A DNA stretch of 64,000 nucleotides from an uncultured Gammaproteobacteria bacterium (lineage in GTDB: Bacteria > Pseudomonadota > Gammaproteobacteria > Steroidobacterales > Steroidobacteraceae): contig CAVZRR010000009.1 of assembly GCA_963777725.1 (NCBI GenBank), positions 13,050 through 77,049 of the forward strand. The letters are read 5' to 3'. The translations under genes were made by a program, and so were the position numbers. The notes below the pieces were generated by a model. The model was not told the origin of the DNA. It searched no databases and saw nothing but the letters and a program-made list of their open reading frames with translations. Shown in pieces: positions 45,301-55,401 of the stretch (its first letter is position 1; each line of letters begins with the position of its first letter).

Positions 45301-46776
45301 ATGCGTAAAAAATCGTTCCTGCTCGCTTGCGGTGTGGCCGCGGCCCTCTGCGGGCCACTCGCCCAGTCCGAGAACCTGCTCGACGTCTACCAGGCCGCGG
45401 TCAAGAGCGACCCGCTGATCCGCGAGGCCGAAGCCCGCCGGCTCGCCGCGCTCGAAGCGAAGCCCCAGGCGCGCGCGCTGCTGCTGCCGCAGGTTGCCCT
45501 GAACGGCCAGGCCTACACGGCCGAATCCGACAGCGAATCCTATTTCCCGCAGGTCAACACGACGACCGGCGAGGTCGTTTCGGTCGGCAACCGCAACGAG
45601 ACGGACACCGACCAGTACTGGGATTACACGGCGCGGCTGACGCAGACCATCTTCCGCTGGGACCAGTGGCAGACGCTGAAGCGCGCCGACTCCGAGGTCG
45701 CGCTGGCCGAGGCCAATTACCGCGCCGCGCAGCAGGACCTGATGGTGCGCGCGTCGCAGCGCTACTTCGACGTGCTCGCCGCCGAGGACACGCTGGCCGC
45801 GGCCGAAGCGACGCTGCAGGCGTTCAGCCGCCAGCTAGAGCAGTCCGAGAAGCGCTTCGAGGTCGGCCTGATCGCGATCACCGACGTGCAGGAATCACGC
45901 GCCGCCTACGACAGCGCGACGGCGGGCGTGATCGCGGCGAAGCGGGCCCTGGCGAGCAGCCAGGAACTGCTGCGCGAGCTCACGGGCGAAACCTACGCGT
46001 CGCTGGTCAAGCCCGCCGACGACATGCCGCTCAACCAGCCGCAACCCGCCGACCCGCAAGTCTGGGTAGACCAGGCGCTCGAGCAGAACCTCGACGTGAT
46101 TGCCGGGCGCCTCGGCGTCGAGGTCGCCAAGAGCGACGTCAAGATCGCGCAGTCCGGCCACATGCCGACGCTGGACCTGTTCGCGCAGCGCACCGAGAAC
46201 GATCGCGAAGCGGATCAGATCAACACGCGGATCGACCGCTCCGGCGACCCGAACAATCCGCCGCCGGTGCCGGTCGCCGGCATCGCCGATTCAAACCGGA
46301 CGGACGACGTGATCGGCGTGCAGGTCAACATTCCCATTTTCGCCGGCGGCGGCACGCAGTCGCGCGTGCGCCAGCAGGTGTACCTGCACCGCGCGGCGCG
46401 AGAGAAGCTCGACGGGGCCATGCGCGGCGCGGAACGCGAGACGCGCGACGCCTACCTCGGCGTGATCGCCGAGAAGGCGCGGGTCGTGGCCCTGCAGCAG
46501 TCCGTGAAGTCGAACCTGACGGCGCTCGAGGCGACCGAGGCCGGCTTCGAGGTCGGCACCCGCACGACCGTGGACGTGCTCGACGCCCGGCGCCGACTGT
46601 TCGAGGCGCAGCGTGATTACGCGCGCAGCCGCTACGACTACCTGATCAACCTGGTGCGGCTGAAGTCGGCGTCCGGCGTGCTCGCACCCGTGGATCTCGC
46701 GTCGATCAATGCGTTCCTGACGACGCCGACGGCGCTGCCGCCGTCGCAGCCGCCCTCGCCGCCTCCGGCGGGCTGA
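45301..46776 (+). CDS. tolC: TolC-family outer membrane channel
   Basis: Signal peptide, then NLLDVYQAAVKSDPLIREAEA... and a duplicated helical/beta repeat structure. YDYLINLVRLKSASG near the C-terminus. Confidence 0.85.
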   Translation: MRKKSFLLACGVAAALCGPLAQSENLLDVYQAAVKSDPLIREAEARRLAALEAKPQARALLLPQVALNGQAYTAESDSESYFPQVNTTTGEVVSVGNRNETDTDQYWDYTARLTQTIFRWDQWQTLKRADSEVALAEANYRAAQQDLMVRASQRYFDVLAAEDTLAAAEATLQAFSRQLEQSEKRFEVGLIAITDVQESRAAYDSATAGVIAAKRALASSQELLRELTGETYASLVKPADDMPLNQPQPADPQVWVDQALEQNLDVIAGRLGVEVAKSDVKIAQSGHMPTLDLFAQRTENDREADQINTRIDRSGDPNNPPPVPVAGIADSNRTDDVIGVQVNIPIFAGGGTQSRVRQQVYLHRAAREKLDGAMRGAERETRDAYLGVIAEKARVVALQQSVKSNLTALEATEAGFEVGTRTTVDVLDARRRLFEAQRDYARSRYDYLINLVRLKSASGVLAPVDLASINAFLTTPTALPPSQPPSPPPAG

Positions 46777-48031
46777 GCAGCGGCGCAACCATCGCGACGA
46801 GCCGTTGCACCGCGCCCCGGCTCTGCGCGACCGCCTGCTGTCCCAGCGCGCCCTCGGCGCGTGCCCGCGCCGGGTCGTCAAAACTTTCGCCCACCCGCTG
46901 CGCCAGCTCTTCCTTGCTGCGCACGATGCGCAGCGCGCCGCATTCCTGCAGCAGCTCCGCGACGTCCTGCGCGTTGTGCGTATGCGGCCCCGACAGCATC
47001 GGCAAGCCGAGCACCGCGGGCTCCAGCAGGTTGTGCCCGCCCACTGGCACCAGGCTACCGGCGACGAATGCGACGTCGGCGGCGGCGTAGAACATCTGCA
47101 GTTCGCCGAGCGTGTCGACCAGGAACACCGCTTGGTTCGCGCCCGGGAGCGCCCCTGAACTGCGCTGCGCGAACGCCTGCCCCCGCTTGCGCAGCAGCGC
47201 GCGCACCGACTCGAAGCGCTGCGGATGGCGCGGCACGAGAATCAGCAGCGCGCCGGGATGCCGCTCGAGGACCCGCGCGTGCGCGGCCAGCGCGGCCTCC
47301 TCCTCGCCTTCGTGCGTGCTGCCCGCAATCCAGACCGGTCGCCCCGGACCGCACTGTTCGCGAAACGCGCGACCCGCCGCGATCGACGCCGCCGGGATCT
47401 CCATGTCGAACTTGACGTTGCCGGTGACGCGGACACGTTCTGGCGCGGCGCCGATGGCCTTGAAGCGCTCGGCGTCCGCGGCGGTCTGCGCGCCGATCAG
47501 GATGCCGTGCGACAGCGTCTCCTTGAACAGCGACGCCATCAGTCGATACCGATCGACCGAGCGGGTCGAGACGCGCGCGCTCGCGAGGACGAGCGGGATG
47601 TGCCGTCGGCCGAGCTCGTGGTACAGCGTCGGCCAGATCTCCGTCTCGAGGATGATCGCCACCCGCGGCTGCAGACGGTCGAGGAACCGGCGCACCGAAC
47701 CCGGCAGGTCGTACGGCAGGTAGCAATGCCCCACCGACTCGCCGAAGAAACTGCGCACCCGTTGCGCGCCGGTCGGCGTGACCGTCGAGACGACGACCGG
47801 GACCTCCGGGAATTCCCGCCGCAACGACTGGATCAGGCCGACCGCCGCCTGCACCTCGCCGACCGAGACTGCGTGGATCCACAAGCAGCCCGGCACCGCC
47901 TGCGGCTTCACGAGCCCGAGCCGCTGGCGCAGTCGGCCGCGGTACTCGGGCACCCGAAACGACTTCCATCCCTCCATCGCGATCACGACGGGCGCGAGCA
48001 GGTAGGTCAGCAGCACGTAGAGCAATCGCAT
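46706..48031 (-). CDS. waaA: 3-deoxy-D-manno-octulosonic acid (Kdo) transferase
   Basis: MRLLYVLLTYLLAPV ..., WIHAVSVGEV, ILETEIWP, GGHNLLEPA. Confidence 0.85.
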   Translation of the reverse strand: MRLLYVLLTYLLAPVVIAMEGWKSFRVPEYRGRLRQRLGLVKPQAVPGCLWIHAVSVGEVQAAVGLIQSLRREFPEVPVVVSTVTPTGAQRVRSFFGESVGHCYLPYDLPGSVRRFLDRLQPRVAIILETEIWPTLYHELGRRHIPLVLASARVSTRSVDRYRLMASLFKETLSHGILIGAQTAADAERFKAIGAAPERVRVTGNVKFDMEIPAASIAAGRAFREQCGPGRPVWIAGSTHEGEEEAALAAHARVLERHPGALLILVPRHPQRFESVRALLRKRGQAFAQRSSGALPGANQAVFLVDTLGELQMFYAAADVAFVAGSLVPVGGHNLLEPAVLGLPMLSGPHTHNAQDVAELLQECGALRIVRSKEELAQRVGESFDDPARARAEGALGQQAVAQSRGAVQRLVAMVAPLLSPPEAARAAATAAAPSASSGTH

Positions 48032-48708
48032 CAGGCGTCCTTCACGCCGCGCAGCAGGTGCTGCCACGCGGCATCGTCGAAGCGACCGGCCGGCAGGCCG
48101 GTGGTGACCTTGCGCAGCGAACGCTGCAGCCGCTCGAGCACCGCCTGCTCCCAGTCGCCACGCGGCCGCTGGCGGCCGCGATCGAAATCGAGCACGTAGA
48201 CCGAGCCGTCGTCCCCGAGCAGCAGGTTGTGCGCGTTGAGATCGGCGTGGTGCACGCCGTGCGCGTGCAGCCGACCCACACACGCGCCTACGGCGCGCCA
48301 CGTCACGGCATCGAGGGGACCGTCGGCCAGCGCGTGCGCGAGCGTGCGGCGCGTCGGCAATTCCGTGGTGACCAGGTCGGCGCGATAGAAGAGCCCATCG
48401 CGTTCGTAGCGCGCGGCGACCGGCGCCGGCACGGGCAATCCGGCCGCCCGCAGCTCTCGCAGCAGCCGCCATTCGCGAAACGCGCGCGTGCGACTCGCGC
48501 CGGTCCACAGGTAACGATCGCCGAGCAGCCGCGCGACGAGTCCACCGCGGCGGTAGTGGCGCAGCACCCAGCGTCGCTCGCCGTCCTGAACGAAGGCGAC
48601 CGTGCCGCGACCGCCGGCGGTTTCCTGCAACGAGCCCGCGGCGCGCCAGTGTCCGTGCGCGAAGATCCGCTCGTCCGGCTGGTCGCAGCGCGAGGCATCG
48701 TATAGCAT
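48031..48708 (-). CDS. kdkA: Kdo kinase
   Basis: WVLRHYRRGG and HADLNAHNLLL. The stop overlaps the waaA start (ATGA). Confidence 0.8.
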   Translation of the reverse strand: MLYDASRCDQPDERIFAHGHWRAAGSLQETAGGRGTVAFVQDGERRWVLRHYRRGGLVARLLGDRYLWTGASRTRAFREWRLLRELRAAGLPVPAPVAARYERDGLFYRADLVTTELPTRRTLAHALADGPLDAVTWRAVGACVGRLHAHGVHHADLNAHNLLLGDDGSVYVLDFDRGRQRPRGDWEQAVLERLQRSLRKVTTGLPAGRFDDAAWQHLLRGVKDA

Positions 48709-48829
48709 CGCGCCGCGCGCGGTCGGGGCGACGATTTCCGGGCCTGCGCTCACGCTGCTCGAGACTCCTGGCGGGCTTGCACGGACGGATTGTTCACCAT
48801 CGGACTGCCGCTGCCTACCGCTCCCGCCC

Positions 48830-49912
48830 ATGTCACCCGATTTTTCCAGCACTCCACCCCGGCGCATCTGCGTGCTGCGGCTGTCGGCGCTCGGCGACGT
48901 CTGCCACGCGCTGCCGGTGGTGCGCACGCTGCAGGACGCATGGCCCGGCGCGGAGATCACGTGGATCATCGGCAAGCTCGAGCACAAGCTGCTCGGCCAC
49001 CTGCCGGGCATCGAGTTCGTCGTGTTCGACAAGAAGGCCGGCCGCGCAGCGTACGCCGACCTGCGCCGGCGGATGGCCGGCCGCCGCTACGACGTGCTGC
49101 TGCACATGCAGCTCGCCTTGCGCGCCAGCATCGCAGCCTTGCGGGTTCCGGCCGACGTCAAGGTCGGCTTCGACCGGGCGCGCGCCCGCGAGCTGCAGTG
49201 GCTGTTCACCAACGCGAAGATCGCACCGCGCGAACGCGAGCACGTGCTCGACAGCCTGTTCGGCTTCGCCGAGCGACTCGGGCTGCGCCAACGCTCGATG
49301 CGCTGGGATATTCCGCTGCCCGAGGGGGCGCTCGAGTACGCACGACGCGCGATTCCGGACGGCCAGCCGGCGCTGGTCATCAGCCCCTGCTCCAGCCACG
49401 CGCTGCGCAACTGGAGCCCCGAGCGGTACGCGGCCGTGGCCGATCACGCATCGGCGCGGCACGGACTGCGGGTGCTGCTGTGCGGCGGGCGCAGCGCGCT
49501 CGAGCTGGAGTACGGCGAGCGCATCGCCGCGCTGGCGAAAACTCCCGTGGTGAATCTCGTCGGCCAGGACACCTTGCTCGAGTTCCTGGCGACGCTGCAG
49601 CGCGCAAAGGCGCTGCTCTCGCCGGATTCCGGCCCGGCCCACATGGCCACCACCGTCGGCACCCCGGTCATCGGCCTGTATGCCGCGACCAACCCGGCTC
49701 GCACCGGACCCTACTACAGCCGCGCCTGGTGCGTGGACCGCTACGAAGCCGCGGCGTTGCAGTTCCGCGGGCGCCCCGCCGTCGAGCTGCCGTGGACCGA
49801 GAAGATCGAGGAGCCGGGCGTCATGGACCTGATCACCGTGGATGCCGTCGTGGAGCGCCTCGACGCGCTGCTCCAGGCGCCGGCTGACGCCCGACCCGGC
49901 GCTGGGCGATAA
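48830..49912 (+). CDS. Glycosyltransferase family 9 (LPS heptosyltransferase-like)
   Basis: RICVLRLSALGDVCHALPVV and LLSPDSGPAHMATTVGTPVIGLY. Confidence 0.8.
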   Translation: MSPDFSSTPPRRICVLRLSALGDVCHALPVVRTLQDAWPGAEITWIIGKLEHKLLGHLPGIEFVVFDKKAGRAAYADLRRRMAGRRYDVLLHMQLALRASIAALRVPADVKVGFDRARARELQWLFTNAKIAPREREHVLDSLFGFAERLGLRQRSMRWDIPLPEGALEYARRAIPDGQPALVISPCSSHALRNWSPERYAAVADHASARHGLRVLLCGGRSALELEYGERIAALAKTPVVNLVGQDTLLEFLATLQRAKALLSPDSGPAHMATTVGTPVIGLYAATNPARTGPYYSRAWCVDRYEAAALQFRGRPAVELPWTEKIEEPGVMDLITVDAVVERLDALLQAPADARPGAGR

Positions 49913-50148
49913 TGCGGGCCCGGCCTCCAGCGAGAATTCCAACCGTGACGGCAGCACGCAGCGAAAAGCTCATCCAGCCGAACGCCAAGAACCACTACGA
50001 GGTGACGGAGGCCGACCTGCCGTTGTCCTGCCCCATGCCCGGCATGCAGTTGTGGAACAGTCACCCGCGCGTGTACCTGCCCGTGGAGAAGACTGGGTGG
50101 GCGAAGTGCCCGTATTGCAGTGCGGAATACGTGCTCAAGAGGGGATAG
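49912..50148 (+). CDS. Zinc-finger (zf-CHCC-like) small protein; start uncertain
   Basis: YEVTEADLPLSCPMPGMQLWNSHPRVYLPVEKTGWAKCPYCSAEYVLK. TAATG overlap with the upstream gene, or GTG near 49945. Confidence 0.7.
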   Translation: MRARPPARIPTVTAARSEKLIQPNAKNHYEVTEADLPLSCPMPGMQLWNSHPRVYLPVEKTGWAKCPYCSAEYVLKRG

Positions 50149-50277
50149 GGGATAGGGGATAGGGGATCGTAGATCGGTTGTGGCATCAGGGGTCAGTGGC
50201 ACTGCGTCTACAGCGACGCGGAAGGCTCAGCAGCCGCCCTCCGACTATCCCCTATCCCCCATCCCCTATCCCCTCTT
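50137..50277. repeat. Inverted repeat built from GGGGATA heptamer arrays (G4 motifs) spanning the stop codons of two convergent genes
   Basis: Left arm AAGAGGGGATAGGGGATAGGGGATAGGGGAT (50137-50167). The reverse complement of 50246-50277 reads AAGAGGGGATAGGGGATGGGGGATAGGGGATAG. The spacer is ~78 nt. Confidence 0.9.
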
Positions 50278-50667
50278 CCCATAGTCCGCATAGCTTTTCT
50301 CTTCCACCAGCGTCGAGCCCAGCCGCAGGTTGATCTGCTTCTTGATCGCGGCGCGCTCGTCGTTGGTCACGTAGACGGCGCGCGCGAGCTCGATGAACTC
50401 GGCGTCGAAACGGCCGTCGCGCTCCTGGTCGCGGATCCGGTCCTCGATGTCCCAGAGCTTGCCATTGACTTCGCGCAGGCCGGCCCACTCGGCGCTGATG
50501 TCGGTCGCTGAATAGGCCGAAGCCTTCCAGGTCTCGGTCAGCAGCGAGAGTTCGGTGCGCACGTTGTGCAGCTTGGCCGCATCGGTCATGCGCTGCGACT
50601 TGATCTCGAGGATCGTGATCTTGTCGATCAGTTCACCCGGAGAAATGGGCACGAGCAATTCGGCCAT
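50266..50667 (-). CDS. Conserved hypothetical protein (possibly DUF6165-like)
   Basis: ATG at 50667: MAELLVPISPGELIDKITILEIKSQRMTDAAKLHNVRTEL.... Terminal part of track ORF 50266..51909. The family label is tentative. Confidence 0.6.
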   Translation of the reverse strand: MAELLVPISPGELIDKITILEIKSQRMTDAAKLHNVRTELSLLTETWKASAYSATDISAEWAGLREVNGKLWDIEDRIRDQERDGRFDAEFIELARAVYVTNDERAAIKKQINLRLGSTLVEEKSYADYGKRG

Positions 50668-50699
50668 GGGAACCTCGGTTCGCGGAGCAACACGGCACG

Positions 50700-53615
50700 C
50701 TACCCTTTTCCGGGATTGCGGAAAAGGGCTGGCGACTTCCCCATCACCTGATCCCAGATCGCGCTGACGGCCGCGCGGGTCTCGGCGAACTCCGTGGCCG
50801 GCACCACGGTCTCGGCCGCCTCCAGCGACAGGTGGTGCATGCGCTGCCGGTAGGCTCGATAGGCGCCGGTCAGCACGTCCACGGTCTGCTGCGAAACCAG
50901 GTCGATCGACGCGAGGCTTTCGAGCTGGCGGATGTTGTCCGAGTACGTGACCAGCTCCGCATGGCGCTCGGACCAGAGCAGCGTCCAGTACTGCGCGAGG
51001 AACTCGATGTCGGTGATGCCGCCGGCGTCCTGCTTGAGGTCGAACTGGTCTGGGCCGGACCGTGACAACTCGGCACGCATCCGCTCGCGCATTGCGCGGA
51101 CGTCTTCGCGCAGCGTGTCGCGGCGCACGGCAAAGCGCAGGATGTCGCGGCGCAGCGCCTCGAAGCGCTCGCGCAGCGCGGGCGCGCCGGCCACGGACCG
51201 CGCCCGCAGCAGCGCCTGGTGCTCCCAGGTCCACGCATCGCTGCGCTGGTAGTCGCCGAAGCCCTCGATGCTCTGCACCAGCAGCCCGCCTTTCCCGCTC
51301 GGCCGCAGCCGCGTGTCCACCTCGTAGAGTCGGCCCGCGTTCGAGTGCACCGTCAGCACGTGCACGAGCCGCTGCACCAGGCGCAGGAAGAAAACGCCGT
51401 TGTCGACGATCCGCGGACCCGTCGTCTGCTGGAATTCCCCGGCCGAGTCGTGCAGGAAGACGAGGTCGAGGTCGGACCCGTAGCCGAGCTCGATGCCGCC
51501 GAACTTGCCGTAAGCCACGACGATCAGCCCGGCGTCGTGCAGGTTCGCCTCGTCCGGTCCACAGCGAGGCACGCCGTGACGCCCGACGACTGGATCCCAC
51601 GAAAGAGACAGCGCCTCGGCCACGATCATTTCCGCGATGTCGGTCAGCCGGTCGCTCACCTTCATCAGCGGCAAGCGGCCCGTGAGGTCCGGCACGGCGA
51701 CCCGGAACACCGCTGCGCGCTGGAACTCGCGCAGCAGGTCCACCTGTCGCTCCGGGTCGTCCGCGCCGGCCCCCGCCATGCGCGCGCGCAGGTCCTGCTC
51801 GAACTCGGCACGCGTGGGTGTGGTTTCGAACAGGCGCTCGTCGAGCAGCTCGTCGAGCAGCAGCGGGAACGCGGCGATCTGGTCGGTCAGGAACTGCGAG
51901 TGCGCGCACAACTCCACCAGCCGCTGCCGCGCCACCGCGTTCTCGTTCAGCAGCGCGAGGTACACGGTCCGGCCGCCGATCAGCTCGATCACGTGCAGCA
52001 CGCGCCCGAGCGCCTGCGCCTCGGCGTCGCCGCCGGCGACGGCCTGCAGCAGCGACGGCAGCAACGTGTGCAGGCGCCGCCGTCCGGTTTCATCGAGCCG
52101 TCGGTAGTAGGCGCTCTCCCTCAGCACGTTGATCTGCGCCAGCACCGCGTCCGCTTCGCCGATCCGTGCCTTGCGCAGCAGCTCGAGCCGCCGCGCATCG
52201 TCGATCTCGGGCTCGAGCAAGGTTTCGAGCGCCCGATCCAGGCCATCGTCTGCGCCGGGCTCCGCGGGCCCGAATATCAAAGTGCGGAAATGGCCGCTGA
52301 CGCGCCGCCGGTGCCGCTCGAGCTCCGCCGCCAGCGCTGGCCAGTCCGCGGCCCCCATCGCGAGCGCGAGACGCGTGCGCCCGGTGTCGTCGCGCGGCAG
52401 GTCGTGCGTCTGCTCGTCGTTGCGCTGCTGCAGTCGATTCTCGACCCGGCGCAGGAACCGGTATGACTCGCCGAGCTCGACGACGGCTTCCGGCGACAGC
52501 AGCTTGTGGCCGGCCAGCAGCGGCAGCGCCTGAAGCAGGCTGCGCGTCTGCAGCGCGGGCTTGCCACCGCCGCGAATCAGCTGGAACGCCTGCACGATGA
52601 ACTCGATCTCGCGAATCCCGCCGGGCCCGAGCTTGACGTTGTCGCGCAACTCGCGGCGCTCGACCTCGCGCGCGATCAGGTCCTTCATCTCGCGCAGCGA
52701 TTCGAACACGCTGAAGTCGAGGTAGCGCCGGTACACGAACGGCCGCAGCACGTTGCGATACAGCTCGTCGAACGATTCCGCGCCGTGCACCGGCCGCGCC
52801 TTGACGTAGGCGTAGCGCTCCCAGTCGCGGCCGTGCTGCTGCAGGTAGTCCTCGAGCGCGTCGAAGCTGACGATCGCGGGGCCCGAATCGCCGAACGGCC
52901 GCAGCCGCAGGTCAACGCGGTACACGAAGCCCTCGGCCGTGACGGACCCGAGCAGTTGCGCCACCCGGCGGCCGAGGCGCGCGAAATACTCTTCGTGCTC
53001 GAGCGGCCGCGCGCCGCCCGTCTCGCCGTGCTCGGGGAACGCAAACACGAGATCGATGTCGGACGAGAAATTCAACTCGCCGCCGCCGAGCTTGCCCATC
53101 GCCAGCACGAGAAGTTCGAGCCGCGCGCCGTCGCTGCCTTGCGGTGCGCCGTGGCGGGCCGCCATTGCGGTATCCGCGTAACGGCAGGCTGCGCGGATGC
53201 AGACGTCGGCGAGCAGCGAGAGCTCGCGCAGCACGGTATCGACATCCGCGAGTCCGGCCAGGTCGCGCCACGCGATGCGGGCCAGGTGACGCCGCCGGAA
53301 ACGGCGCAGCGCGTCCATGAACGCCGCATCGTCGGTGCTGGATGCAACGACCGCGGACTCCAGGTCGCGCTCGAAATCGGCGAGTTCCTGTGGTTCGCTC
53401 AAACGTCGCGCGGCGAACAGCCAGGGCAGCAGCTCGCGATCGCGCAGGCAGGCGTCGGCGACGAAATCGCTGCAGGCCCAGACGAGCGGCAGCGCATCAG
53501 CCGCGCCGGCCTCGCGGGGCACGTCGGCCAGGCCGCCCTGCTCGTCCAGGCGCGCCAGGCGCTCCTCGAGTGCTGGACGCAACGCGGATGGAATCGATTC
53601 CAGTGGCCAGTTCAA
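50700..53615 (-). CDS. glnE: Bifunctional glutamine synthetase adenylyltransferase / adenylyl-removing enzyme
   Basis: 971 aa with two nucleotidyltransferase halves (MGKLGGGELNFSSDIDLVF and YGKFGGIELGYGSDLDLVFLH). Confidence 0.9.
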   Translation of the reverse strand: MNWPLESIPSALRPALEERLARLDEQGGLADVPREAGAADALPLVWACSDFVADACLRDRELLPWLFAARRLSEPQELADFERDLESAVVASSTDDAAFMDALRRFRRRHLARIAWRDLAGLADVDTVLRELSLLADVCIRAACRYADTAMAARHGAPQGSDGARLELLVLAMGKLGGGELNFSSDIDLVFAFPEHGETGGARPLEHEEYFARLGRRVAQLLGSVTAEGFVYRVDLRLRPFGDSGPAIVSFDALEDYLQQHGRDWERYAYVKARPVHGAESFDELYRNVLRPFVYRRYLDFSVFESLREMKDLIAREVERRELRDNVKLGPGGIREIEFIVQAFQLIRGGGKPALQTRSLLQALPLLAGHKLLSPEAVVELGESYRFLRRVENRLQQRNDEQTHDLPRDDTGRTRLALAMGAADWPALAAELERHRRRVSGHFRTLIFGPAEPGADDGLDRALETLLEPEIDDARRLELLRKARIGEADAVLAQINVLRESAYYRRLDETGRRRLHTLLPSLLQAVAGGDAEAQALGRVLHVIELIGGRTVYLALLNENAVARQRLVELCAHSQFLTDQIAAFPLLLDELLDERLFETTPTRAEFEQDLRARMAGAGADDPERQVDLLREFQRAAVFRVAVPDLTGRLPLMKVSDRLTDIAEMIVAEALSLSWDPVVGRHGVPRCGPDEANLHDAGLIVVAYGKFGGIELGYGSDLDLVFLHDSAGEFQQTTGPRIVDNGVFFLRLVQRLVHVLTVHSNAGRLYEVDTRLRPSGKGGLLVQSIEGFGDYQRSDAWTWEHQALLRARSVAGAPALRERFEALRRDILRFAVRRDTLREDVRAMRERMRAELSRSGPDQFDLKQDAGGITDIEFLAQYWTLLWSERHAELVTYSDNIRQLESLASIDLVSQQTVDVLTGAYRAYRQRMHHLSLEAAETVVPATEFAETRAAVSAIWDQVMGKSPALFRNPGKG

Positions 53616-53622
53616 GATCGCC

Positions 53623-54846
53623 TCACTTCGCCGTCACCCGCGCCGCGAGCAGTGCACCTGCGGCCAGCAGCAGTGCGGCCAGCAGGTAGGCCGCGCCCGG
53701 GAAATGCAGGCGCGCACCCTCGCCGATGAAATACGCGAACACGCCCGCGAACAGGCCCGGGCCGATCATCGTCGCGATGCCGAGCACGCTGCCGTTGGCA
53801 CCCTGCAATTCGCCCTGCTCGGTCGGACCGATGTGCCGCGTCATCAGCCCCTGCGCGGCTGGCGAAGCAAGGCCCCACAGCGCGACGATCGGCACGCCCG
53901 CCATGAACAGGATTCCCGTCGGTGCGAGCCCGTAGACGACGAAACCCGCGGCACCGCAGGTCAGCCCCGCGAGCAGCACGCGTCGTTCGCCGAAGCGGCG
54001 CACCATCCGGCCGACCAGTCCGCCCTGCACGATCGCGGAGAAGACGCCAATCACCGCGAGCGTGAAGCCGACCGTACGCGCGTCCCAGCCGTAGCGATAT
54101 CCCGCGTAGAGCACGAACGTCGCCGGCAGCGCCGCGTGCGCGAGGCTGCTCAGGAACACGACGCCGGCGAGGCCGAACAGCTCCGGGTGCGAGCGCAGCA
54201 GCCGCAGCGAGCCCATCGGGTTGGCGCGCCGCCACTCGAACGGGCGGCGTCGCTCCGGGGGCAGCGACTCCGGCAGCACGAACAACCCGTACAGCGCGTT
54301 CGCGAGGCTGAAGCCGGCCGCCGCCCAGAACGGCAGTCGCGGATCGATGCTGCCGAGCACGCCGCCGAGCGCCGGACCCAGCACGAAGCCGAGGCCAAAC
54401 GCGACGCCAAGCTTGCCGAACGCAGCCGAGCGACGCTCGACGGGCGTCACGTCGGCCACGTAGGCCATGCCGGTGCTGACGCTTGCAGCACAGACGCCCG
54501 AAATGATCCGGCCGACGAACAGCCAGGCGAGGTTGGGCGCCAGCGCCATCAGCACGTAGTCGAGGCCGAGTCCGAGGTTGGAAATCAGGATGACCCGTCG
54601 GCGGCCGAAGCGGTCGGACAGCGCGCCCATGATCGGCATGGACACGAACTGCATCAGCGCCCACGCCGTGCCGAACACGCCGTAGACCTTGGCGGCCCCG
54701 GCCGTGTCGCCGCCGAGGAAGTCCTCGATCAGGTGCGGCAGCACCGGGATGATCATGCCGAGCGCGAGCATGTCGAGCACGATCGTGACGAAGATGAACA
54801 CGAGCGCTGCGCGGCGAGGAGCGCGCGCCGGACTCGTGTCGCTCAT
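53623..54846 (-). CDS. MFS transporter (TCR/Tet-like)
   Basis: MGALSDRFGRRRVILIS (MFS motif A) in a 12-TM pattern. Confidence 0.8.
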   Translation of the reverse strand: MSDTSPARAPRRAALVFIFVTIVLDMLALGMIIPVLPHLIEDFLGGDTAGAAKVYGVFGTAWALMQFVSMPIMGALSDRFGRRRVILISNLGLGLDYVLMALAPNLAWLFVGRIISGVCAASVSTGMAYVADVTPVERRSAAFGKLGVAFGLGFVLGPALGGVLGSIDPRLPFWAAAGFSLANALYGLFVLPESLPPERRRPFEWRRANPMGSLRLLRSHPELFGLAGVVFLSSLAHAALPATFVLYAGYRYGWDARTVGFTLAVIGVFSAIVQGGLVGRMVRRFGERRVLLAGLTCGAAGFVVYGLAPTGILFMAGVPIVALWGLASPAAQGLMTRHIGPTEQGELQGANGSVLGIATMIGPGLFAGVFAYFIGEGARLHFPGAAYLLAALLLAAGALLAARVTAK

Positions 54847-54853
54847 GGGCGGT

Positions 54854-55360
54854 TCAGCCGTACTGCAGCACGGAACGGGCGGCGTGCCCGTCGTAGTGGA
54901 AACCGGGTGCCATGCCGAGATCGAGCAGCACGCCGAGTCCGCAAAGCGTGTAGCCCGCCTGCAGGCTCAGCGCCGCCGACGCGTCGAGCGTGCCGCCGGT
55001 CGCGAGCACGTCGTCGATCAGCAGCAGGCAGCCCTGGCCGCGCTGCATCTCGAGCACGCCGGTGCCGTACTCGAGGTCGTAGGACCGATCGACGACGGGC
55101 GGCGGTAGCTTGCCCTTCTTGCGGATCGGCACGAAGCCCTTGCCGCGCCGCTCGGCCAGCGCAGAGGCGAGGATGAAGCCACGCGACTCGATGCCGGCGA
55201 CCGCATCGACGCGGTGCCACTCGTCCTCCGAGAACAGCGCTTCGACCGCAGCGATCGTGGCACTGAAGCGCTCCCGCAGCAGCGGGCTGATGTCCCGGAA
55301 CAGGATGCCCGGCTTCGGGAAATCCGGGATCTCGCTGACCAGTTCTTTGAGTTCCTGCAT
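54854..55360 (-). CDS. apt: Adenine phosphoribosyltransferase
   Basis: IPDFPKPGILFRDISPLL and LLIDDVLATGGT (PRPP motif). Confidence 0.9.
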   Translation of the reverse strand: MQELKELVSEIPDFPKPGILFRDISPLLRERFSATIAAVEALFSEDEWHRVDAVAGIESRGFILASALAERRGKGFVPIRKKGKLPPPVVDRSYDLEYGTGVLEMQRGQGCLLLIDDVLATGGTLDASAALSLQAGYTLCGLGVLLDLGMAPGFHYDGHAARSVLQYG

Positions 55361-55401
55361 GCGCGCCAGCCTAGCGAAAATCCGCGGCAGCCGCGATACG
55401 C

